A stretch of 64,000 nt of DNA from the human T2T-CHM13v2.0 reference genome, Homo sapiens. The number at the start of each line of letters is the position of its first letter. The first letter of the stretch is position 1. Both the position numbers and the translations under genes were made by a program. The stretch lies in assembly GCF_009914755.1 (NCBI RefSeq), contig NC_060937.1; one strand, given 5' to 3'. This document shows positions 54,001 through 64,000 of the stretch, piece by piece. Below the pieces are notes generated by a model that worked only from the letters and a program-made list of their open reading frames with translations, made no database searches and was not told where the DNA came from.

Positions 54001-54383
54001 TGTATTAGTCTCTTTGGCTGCCATAATAAAATAACACTGTCTGGGTGGCTTGAACAACATAAACCTATTTTCTCACAGTTCTAGGGGCTGGAAATCCAAG
54101 ACCACGGTGCTGGCAAGGTAGGTTTCTTGTAAGGTCTCTCTCCTTGATTTGCAGATGGCCACCTTCTCACTATGTCCTCACATTGCCTTTTCTTGTAAGC
54201 ATGCTCCTTGTGTCTCTCCCTCTTCTTATAAGGACACCAGTCATATTGGGGTTCTTATGATCACAGTACCCTGCCCTTACGATCTCATTCAAACTTCATT
54301 ACCTCCACAAAGCCCTTATCTCCAAATAGAGTCCTATTCGTGGTTAGGAATTTGATGTATGAACTTCAAGGACACAATTTCAT
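54001..54383 (-). mobile_element. MLT1A/B-like MaLR solo LTR
   Basis: TGTATTAGTCT...GGCTGCCATAA...CTGGGTGGCTTGAACAAC, TTCTCACAGTTCTAGGGGCTGGAAATCCAAGA, TCTTCTTATAAGGACACCAGTCATATTGG, GGACACAATTCA. Confidence 0.9.
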
Positions 54384-54814
54384 TTATTAATATAAATTAT
54401 TAATATAAATATTTTAGAAATTATATAATTCATGGGAAGGTCCAGAAGATTTGCCAGTACTCTGGCTGTACATGATAATTCCCAGCACAGGAGAAACATT
54501 GCCAAACTCTTATGGAATTGTTGCCTACTACACCCCATAGAGAATTCCCCTCTTCTCCATTCTGACATCACTGGTTATTATAATAAATTGGCCACAGCCA
54601 TTCAGTCTTTGTCATCTACAGGTAGTTTCTCGTTACTCTGATGTTGGATACTGATGTAAGATTCACACCACAGTTTGTCTTCAGTAAAAGAGGGCTCTTA
54701 GAGCCTTGTGGAAATGTTTGTACCAGCAACTTTAACTTTTTATACTTCCAGAATGGTCTCTTATGTAATATCACCTGCTAAGGTGATATTACTTAACCAA
54801 CTCTCAGAGGGTAA

Positions 54815-55182
<368 letters not shown>

Positions 55183-55830
55183 AAGACCTTCCTCTTAAAA
55201 GCAGGGTTCCTGAGAACAGGAATGAACTACATAGGTGAGAGGAAAATGCAAGTATTGTAGAATACCATCAATGTTGTTTTTAGTTTTAAAAGATATATAT
55301 CAAAGTGCTTTCTTCTTAAGATTTGAAGCAAATCTTACCCTTAATTTCATAGACTCTGCTCTTGATGAAATGAAACATTTAAGAAATGTATCTGATTCTC
55401 ACTGACTCCCCAGAAGTAATAAGGTTTACTAAATTTCCTAATGTTTTATGAAACTGCTGTATAGATAGTTGAAAAGGTCCACTAAGAATCTGTCTTCCTT
55501 TTTATTAGGATATAATTGGACAATTTGATTCTACACTCAAGACCTTACTTAGTATCATATTTGAAAATAATTCTCATTTAATCAAGTCTGACTATCCCAC
55601 TATTATAAAACACGTTTGACATTATGTGTGGAGTAAACGCCTCAAAGCCTCCCCAGGAAAAGCACCCAAGTACCTGGCTCAGAAGGTCTCAGGATCAAAG
55701 GCAGTAACAAAGGTCTCTCCTTGGTACAGGATGTGCCTCAGTCAATTTAAAGGATTCAGTTGAATGTAGGAAATGCAGGTGAAATCTGCTGGAGAAAGTT
55801 TCTTGTGGTCAGTTTCCTCGTCTTAGAATA

Positions 55831-56220
55831 TGTTATGGTTTGGCTCTGTGTCCCCACCCAAATCTCATCTCGAACTGTAATCCCCATGTGTCCGGAAAGG
55901 GGCCTGGTGGGAGGTGATTGAATCATGGAGGCAGACTTCTCCCTTGTTATTCTTGTGATAGTGAGTGAGTTCTCAAGAGATCTGGTGGTTTGAAAATGTG
56001 TGGCACTTCCCCCTTTGTTCACTCGCTCTGTCTCCTGCTCTGCCATGGTAAGATGTGCTTGCTTCCCCTTAGCCTTCTGGCATGATTGTAAGTTTCCTGA
56101 GACCCCTAAGTCATGCTTCCTGTTAAGCCTGCAGAACTGTGAGTCAATTAAACCTCTATTCTTCATAAATTACTCAGTCTCAGGTAGTTCTTTATAGCAG
56201 TGTGAAAATGAACTAATACA
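55831..56220 (+). mobile_element. MSTA-like MaLR solo LTR
   Basis: TGTTATGGTTTGGCTCTGTGTCCCCACCCAAATCTCATC start and GAACTGTGAGTCAATTAAACCTCT...GAACTAATACA end. 5-bp TSD GAATA/GAAAA. Confidence 0.93.
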
Positions 56221-56706
56221 GAAAAGAAAATCATAGGGATTTTTAGAAGACCAATCAAAGATTTCTTTTGAAAACTCCTAGTCATAAGTTTATTCTCTGG
56301 TCTTAGTAGTTGCTTAATAATTCATTGATTAAGAACTACAGAATAAACTCAAAGATGCCCATATGGTTAGTTTAAATTCTTCTGCAACTATGTAAATATC
56401 AGGTCAAACCTTATGGGCATCCTTGGCCTGTTTGAGATTAAGAATTTTCTTTCAATATTATTTTTATTACTAGTGGAGATACTGTCAGGAAATGGGCAAA
56501 AGAAATGACTAGGTGTCCTTTCAGTGAAATTCTGGAAATTATTTTAGCAGGATTTCTGGGTGATTATCTGACTTGATAGGAATGCACATTTTGGGTTAAT
56601 TCTTATGTTATTTTACAATTCTGTAGAGTTAGAACTTAAATTGTAAAAAAAAAAAAAAAAAGACAGTAATACCAATGTTTCCTTCCATAGGCATGCAAAT
56701 AATTAC

Positions 56707-57133
56707 TGTTATCTGAAAGTAAATGGAGGCCCAATAAATTTTAAAAGAATAGTTTATTTGAGCAAGCAATTCATGAATTGGGCACCTCCAAAGTAGAACT
56801 GGTTCAGGAGCTTTACTGAGGAAACAGAAAGAGGAGGCTTTTATAGAACAACACAGAAGTAAATCAGAGAAAGCATTTGGTTGGTTTCAGTTATACAGTT
56901 GCCTTATTTGATCTATCCCATCGGAAAGTCCCCCCAGTTATAGGATTATAAGTGAGTAGACTGCTTCTGACTGGTTAAGCTTAAGTTCTGTTTTGAATAC
57001 AGGCATTTACAAGAAACAGCTCAAGCTGACATTCACTTATGTTTGCAAATCAAACAAGGTTGAGGTCACTTATGAGGCCTGACTAGTGTTGTCTGCTCAG
57101 GGATTCTTCAGGCCTTGTCTCCACTTTTTAGCA
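56707..57133 (-). mobile_element. ERV1-class solo LTR (MER67/MER57-group-like, subfamily uncertain)
   Basis: TG...CA termini. AGTTTATTTGAGCAAGCAATTCATGAATTGGGCA (reversed poly-A signal region) and GGCTTTTATAG (reversed TATA). The minus strand starts TGCTAAAAAGTGGAGACAAGGCCTGAAGAATCCCTGAGCAGAC. Confidence 0.6.
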
Positions 57134-57504
57134 CATTTCTTAGCAATATAAATACATTCTGTGCCTTGGAGAATGCATATATCTGTATATCAAATTATCA
57201 TTTAAACCAGTTGCAACATTTTACTTCTCTCACTAATATATCTCCAAGGAGACAAAGCAGGAAGAGTCAGAAGCATGGAAGGAAAACAAGCAGGTTGTGG
57301 TATTAAAGTCTCCAAAGTGAGAGGTGCTTCAAGAACGATAAAGGGTTCACCGCTTGACTACTTCTTGTGCTCATGAAAGGGAAAGTAGGACGAGGAGAGA
57401 AAATCACCAAGAGAACTGTTCAGGGAAGTGACAGGGCAGCGGAGAGTGGTGTCATTTGAGGAGAGACCAAAGAAAATGCTGGTAACCAGTATGGACAGCA
57501 GTGG

Positions 57505-58250
57505 TGTAATAAAAATTGTACTTCATCTTTTTCCCCTGTTCTTGGCACAGAACTACCAAAACCCTCGGGACTAGCAGAAATGGGAGTGCCTTCTGTTATT
57601 CATAATAAGCCCCTTTCTACTACACCTGTGTTTATGCCACTGAGGTAACCTAGGGTGCGGCCCTCTGTATAGCTTCAGGATAGGGCTGGTCACAACAAAG
57701 ACCAAATGGTGATTAGGCGTTGGAAATCTTCAGCTATACCCCCTAACCTCCAGGGAAAGGAGGGTATTAGAGATTGGGTTATAAAAACTCGTGAGCAAAA
57801 GAGATTCAAGGAGCTTCCAAGCTGGCAAACACATGGATGTGCTGGGAGGGTGGTGCCCCCAGAGAGGGTGAGGACGCTCCCAGTCATTCCCCTACCCCAT
57901 ACCCAGCCCGTCCTGTGCACCACTTCCATTTGACTGGTCCTGAACTGTCCTTCATAATAAACCAAAAAATCAGTAAGTGTAGTGTTCTCCTGAGTTCTAT
58001 GAGTTGTTCTAAAAAGTTGTCACATTTGGAGGGGTGGGAATGGTGGGAACCCTGTGTTTGTAGTGGGCCTGGCAGGAGACCAGGAAGGCTGGCACTCTTT
58101 TTGTGGCTGGCATGTGATATGGGGGCAATCTTGTGGCATTGGGCCCTCATCCCGTGGGGTTTTCTCTAACTCTGGTTAGTTAGAATCCAATTGAACTGCT
58201 GTCCACACAGATGGTGTCAGAGTATTGGTTGGTGTTTGGAAAAAAAATAA
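57505..58250 (+). mobile_element. MER21-type LTR
   Basis: TGTTATTCATAATAAGCCCCTTTC...ACACCTG, GCTTCAGGATAGGGCTGGTCAC, GGATGTGCTGGGAGGGTGGTGCCCCCAGAGAGGG, CTTCATAATAAACC...GTAAGT...TTCTCCTGAGTTCTATGAG, CAGATGGTGTCAGAG. Confidence 0.85.
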
Positions 58251-58374
58251 TAATAATACAAGAGCTTTTAGAGAAGTCTGGTTTTCACGAAGAGACAATG
58301 ATATGGAAGGAGTGGAATCAGGATACACGTATAAACCAATGACATCTTCTGTTCTCTAACCTTTTTAAAAGACT

Positions 58375-58545
58375 TTTATGGGTATTCTTTACTAGATCCT
58401 CACAAGAGTCCTGTAAGGCAGGGGGAGATGACATTCCTATTCCCATATTACAGCAAACAGCTGTCCCAGGAGGCCAACTGGGAGAGTTGTTCAAGCCCAC
58501 GTAACTATTTGGCCGTTGATCTGGAACATTAACCCTAATCTCCAG
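58375..58545 (-). mobile_element. MIR SINE fragment
   Basis: ATCCTCACAAGAGTCCTGTAAGGCAGG...ATTCCCATATTACAG...TTGTTCAAGCCCACGTAACTA resembles the reversed MIR core. Confidence 0.55.
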
Positions 58546-60304
58546 TTGATGTGAACGTTCTCTTTTGGCTCTAAAAGTATAAGACCTGAAATCTCTCAAT
58601 TTAAATTCAAAAATCAATTTAAAATACAGAATCAGAGAGATCTGCCTCAGCAGCTAGGGCTGTATTTGAAAGAGAAATAATGGAATCTCCTTTTTATGAC
58701 ACTGAGATCATCACCAAGTCCATATAAAATGACTCATTAGCTTCAGCGTGCACTGGTCTGAGCAGACCTCCCGGCGGGAATCTCTGCCCAGGGCCTCTGC
58801 AAAGGGACATGGACAAAGTTGTCTGAAAGAGAGGAGAGGGTTGGAAGGGCAGTCCACCTGGACACACTGTCCTGGGGGAAGGACCACAGAACAAAAGAAG
58901 ACTCAGGGGATTCTAGTAATTGTTTTTAAAAATGAAAAGTACTACAAAAAGAATACATTTGGTTTCTGTTGTTCTGGTGGGCAAAACATGGATCAATTGA
59001 TTCAAATCAATATAAAAAAAATTTTCTGACAACCACAAATGTGCATTAGAGAAATGGACAGCCTAAGAGTTATTGAAGTCTTCATCCTGAGGATGCTTGT
59101 GAAGGTGACTTTGGTTGATAAAGTGTGAGAAATAGCACAGTAGCTACTTCTACACCTCTCGGGAATTGATATTAAAATCATTCCTAACTTTGGCAGCTCT
59201 GATTTTAAGAAAAGTTATTTGGGACTTTAAGCATTGAAAACCAAGAAGTTTGGTGAATCATTCAACTTTGAATTCAGTAAATCAAATCCAGAAATATACC
59301 TCGGGAAGGTAAGGCACAATTACACCAAACAATTTCCATTTCTTGGTGAAAGACAAAGGTATTTGCTGCAGTGAGTTCGATAAAGTTTATGCTACAGTAC
59401 AAGGGGGAACAGATTATGACACTTACCTTCCATTCTGCTTTCATAAAAGTAGTTTTGTGGTGCTTCAGTTTACACAGGTTTGTCTTTGTTTGTGAATGTG
59501 GGCTGGAGATTCAGTGGGGAAGGCAGGAGAGACAGAGGCAGCGGCCCAAGGCCTGTTTGTCTTCAATAAACTTACTAAAATAGAAAAATATAACAATCCT
59601 TTGGGATAGTGGCAAAATAATGTTTTATTCAAACATAGTAAATGCAATACATTGTAAAGTACTTTTAATTTGTTAAGATCATTCTTAAAAAAGTTTGAAG
59701 ATAAGCTAATGATTAAAATGTGAAGGAAATTAGATTAAAAGAAAAACTCTCAGGTCCGGAGAAACAGGGGTGTTGTCCTCCACCAGGGATTGCAGATTCA
59801 AGGCCCCCAAAACCAGGCAGGGCCCATATCAGCAAATTGGGAGGGTTATACCCACTAAATTGCTTTATAGACTCATCATTGCCAACATGTTTTTAAATAT
59901 TTCGATGTAGCTTCATTTAATTTGATTAAAAAACAATTCAATGAGAATTTTCTTTTTAGTTCATAAAACTTTGTATCCTATTTCTTATATATTGGTGATA
60001 GATCTTACTAAATTTATTTCATAATAATGCTCGAAATTGTACACTTTTGACACACTAGCTTAGGATATCAAGTTTTTGCAATGAATTATACTCCCACCTT
60101 TGGTCTATTTTTCATTTTTCTAAATTTTGACAGACAAAGGTACAATAATATTTCACATTTCCCTTAACTATAAGAAAAACAATAGCACAAATCAAAGAAA
60201 ATCGGAAATGTTATACGGTCAGTCTCAGAGTGCAGGAGTAGAGTCAAGGAAGTAAAGAGTGCCCAATACCCGCCATCTTCAGAAACGGCCTCGCTGCAGC
60301 TTTT

Positions 60305-60620
60305 GTTTTTTTTTTGTTTTTTTGGTTTTTTTTGAGACGGAGTCTCTCTCTGTTCCCCAGGCTGGAGGGCAGTGGCGCCATCTGGGCTCACTGCAAGCTC
60401 CGCCTCCCGGGTTCACGCCATTCTCCTGCCTCAGCCTCAGCCTCCGGAGTAGCTGGGACCACAGGTGCCCGCCACCGCGCCCGGCTAATTTTTCGTATTT
60501 TTAGTAGAGACGGGGTTTCACCGTGTTAGCCAGGATGATCTCGATCTCCTGACCTCGTGAGCCGCCCGCCTCAGCCTCCCAAAGTGCTGGGATTACAGAC
60601 GTGAGCCACCGCGCCCGGCC
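60305..60620 (-). mobile_element. AluY SINE, full length, CpG-rich
   Basis: CTGCAAGCTCCGCCTCCCGGGTTCACGCCATTCTCC and CCGTGTTAGCCAGGATG diagnostics, an internal 6-bp duplication (CCTCAG)2, and TSD TCGCTGCAGCTTTT/TCGCCACAGCTTTT at 60291-60304 and 60621-60634. Confidence 0.97.
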
Positions 60621-63600
60621 TCGCCACAGCTTTTTCAAGGTGTCAGGATGGGAAGGCCTGAACTCATTTTGAAAAGAGAAGCTAGAAGTGCAAACTTGTA
60701 TGTAAAATCATCTACTTTTTAAACTGAAAGCAACTAGTTTAATTGAAATAAGAATACCTACACTATGATACCCACACTGTGCTGGCAAAGTTCCCAAGCC
60801 TTATCTTTAACATTTCCCCATAGTTTTTCTAAGGTATACTTAGGTTATGTTATTTTTATTTATTTATTTATTTATTTATTATATAAATATTCTTAAAATA
60901 AATTGTGTCTCATATATCATTGTCATATTATCTAAATATTAAACTAATGGATTTGTGTAACTCACAAATAAATACATTAAAATATTTTTAAACGTGTTTA
61001 TTCAGTTGGGAGAGTTACTTTGAGAGCTGAATGAGTATTTGTACTCATTAATTTTAGTATATTTTAGGTGCATATACTATTTATCATGAGTACTCATTTC
61101 TGTTGTTTTTTTTAAAATACGTACTTAAACCTCTTCTCTCCCAAAGTTAAGACTAATAAGTAAGTTATACATTATTTCCAATGTTTAATGTAAGTTATAA
61201 AAGTAGGGTTCTTTTTTACTAAAATTGAGGGAATGGAAGTTTTAAAAGACCCAAATTTGTTTGTAAGCTGTAGGTTAAAATATAGCATCAGAATCTTTTG
61301 AACTAAAGAAAACTTTAGGGAGAAGCTATTTGAACAATTTTCTTTAACAGATTTTATTTAATTTGATTTAATTTAAATTAACAGATTAACATTTAACATG
61401 AATAACACGAAAAAAAATGTGTTGAGTACTATGTCACCAGGCAATAGTAGGAATATAATCCTGTTTTCACATTAAATTCTGATAATATTTACCCACTTCT
61501 TTAACCTGATGGTATGGTTTTGATAGCACTATCACTGAGATATATATTTACCTTGTAGAAATATGACAAGCTTTGAGATTGTATCTGTAATTCTTTTTTC
61601 TCTACTACTTATTAATCTCTGTCCTAGAAGAAGCATTAATATGTAATGTGTGTACATGTGTTTATGCTCTGTGTGCATGTTTGCGTGACAGAGTATTTAT
61701 TTGTGCACACCATTTTACATGTGTAATTTTAAAAACGGATTATGTAGTTTTAAAATGTTTTAGGCTTCTATCCTCCTGTAGTCAAAAAATAAAATTCTAA
61801 CACGACAGAATTTGGAGGAGCAAAGCTCTGGACAGAAATATTCTAAAACCTAACCCTTGATCAATTTCATTGGCTTCATTTAACAATACAACATATTTTA
61901 TAAACATAGAAGTATAACTTATCAATAAAGAAAACTCTTAATAAGAATGTTTCTGATTTATCAAAACGTATTTTACAATCTTGCATTTTGATACTTATTT
62001 CAGGAATTTTCTAAAATCATTTTTTTTAAAAAGCTTAAGGGAGAAATGTACTTAATTTATAATGAGAATACTTTGTTAGTTATGAAAATATCTTACAAAA
62101 TATTGCCATATATAAGAAACTAAAAACTTCCATTCCACAATGGAGTTTGATTCTCTGAGATTTAACTCAACTTAGATCGTAAATCTGATTTGATCAACAT
62201 TATAGAAATCATCTGCTAATACTACAAGAATAAATAAAAACTAGAGAGACCAATGATAGGATGGCTGTTAAGTACTTGCCTGATTACTGATGGGTCTGTG
62301 GGATTCCTAAATCGGACATCCTTTTTTAGTTTAATTGAATATGGATTCAGAGGATGGCCTTATATAAATTCTTATATCATTATGTCCCAATAATCTCAGA
62401 TTTAAATATGAATATACAGTATTTAAGTTTAAAATGCACTGTATGTCATTTTATTAAAGTAAGACAGACTTTCTCAAGAAATTAGAGATCAGTAGGTATC
62501 AAAATAATAAAATCAAATTTGTAAAAAAAGAAGCAATTAATAAAAGTGTTGATACTAAAAAAGTGAACCAACTAAATGTTTATTATGTTATAAGTCCATA
62601 ATGGCAGAGAAATAATATCCTTCTACTATTTTTAGGTGCTGTTTTCCTGTCTCCTCTCAGGGTTCATCCATTTTTAACATGTTTGTGGTCATTTTCAAAA
62701 AAAAATAGTTTGCTGGTCAATTGTCTAAACCTAATACCCATCAAAGAGAATTGCGAATAATAAAATTATCTAACAGAAAAGGGCTAACGCGGCTGATTAT
62801 TAACATAGTTTCTCAGTTAACTGGCAACACTGAAGACCAACATCTCATGCAATTGTCAGGAATTAGGTTCTCCCCTTTACTATCATTGAGTCACACTTGA
62901 AAGCTTAGTCAAATAAAATGATATTTATGAAAAACTGTTTGGGAGATATAAAATTCACCCCATTCTAGCTGTTTCCACACGATTCTTGGATGAAGTCAAA
63001 TCATCAGAGAGCTACATATGTGGACATCACTCAATGTCCTTCCACTTTCCTTTTTCCAAAAAGCGTTTTGCTAAGTTGGAGTTTGTAATGATGTCATTGC
63101 TTTGTCTGGAAGGATATTTTAAGAAATAATTACAAGAAGATGTTTCTAAAGATGATATTCATTATCTTGCACAGTGTTCTCCTTAGGAGAGTAGATTTGA
63201 AAATTATTTTCTGTAGTATTTATAGCAGGACTCTTTCATTCCTATTAAATGGCTTGCTTTTCACCCAGGGACTCTGATTTTGGTCACTGCATTTTCCCGT
63301 CTGCACTGCTAATGTTTGGAGTTGAACTCGAAGCTCCTTGTTTGGAAGGACAATGATGTCACAGACAAACTTTGTGGACTGACTTTGCTCCTGGATTCTT
63401 TTTTTTTTTTTAATTCATTTTCACTTGCCTCATTTTTCTACCTCTTAAAGCATATCTTACTTTGTAAACTGTAAAGCAAACTATTTTTTTTAGGAAAAGC
63501 CTAAATTAAAAGGCAGAAATACATCAAAGTAAGAATATGAAGGAGCACGAAAACTGTAAAGCCTAAATATGTGTGGTTTTGTTCTGCATTTTGGAATAGT

Positions 63601-64000
63601 GCTGTTTTTCCTGTACTTGTTTTCTCTGTGAGTACTTTCCAATCAATCACAACTTCAGTCACACCTGAGACAGCATTTGTGAAGCACTGGCAATTTACCT
63701 GATTTAATTTCATCAATGGAAACAGCCAGTCTTGGTAATTCAGCCTCCTAATTTAACTTTGTCTACATTGATGAAATTAACTGACACATTGCCAAATTCT
63801 TCCCCTCCTTTTTCTTCCTTTGTTTTAGGAAATTCAAAAGAAAAGGGAAGGAAAGAAGAGAGAGAAATAGGAAAAACTTAGCTTTTCTCTTCAGGCTACA
63901 GATATCACTGAAGCACTTGCCAAATAGGATGCGGAGAATCTGTAAATTTACCGGCGTTTATGCCATGGATTGTGGACATAGGCCACCTAATTGAATTGTC

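Overview
This window is AT-rich, CpG-poor primate (human-like) genomic DNA, intergenic or deep-intronic in character, and is dominated by decayed transposable elements. I count eight-plus Alu SINEs (AluS and AluY types, most with target-site duplications). There are also several old L1M LINE-1 fragments including a near-full-length deleted L1MB-type copy, L2, CR1/L3 and MIR relics, many MaLR solo LTRs (MLT1, MST, THE1), an ERV1-type and a MER21-type LTR, small DNA-transposon relics (MER63, MER5, MADE1) and microsatellites. None of the supplied ORFs looks like a real protein: they derive from Alus, LTRs, L1s, simple repeats or chance. The only gene-like signal is a weak donor/acceptor pair at the very start (exon end at 15, short terminal exon from 769), which I cannot assign to a gene. 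I found no CRISPR, RNA gene or new multi-gene system. The most notable items are structural or evolutionary: an AluY with one old arm and one near-pristine arm, a 6-copy ~38-39 bp degenerate array inside an L2, a templated 50-bp insertion inside an L1, two unexplained hairpins, inverted Alu pairs, and Z-DNA/H-DNA tracts. Repeat subfamily names come from recalled consensus sequences, not a database search, and boundaries of old elements are approximate.
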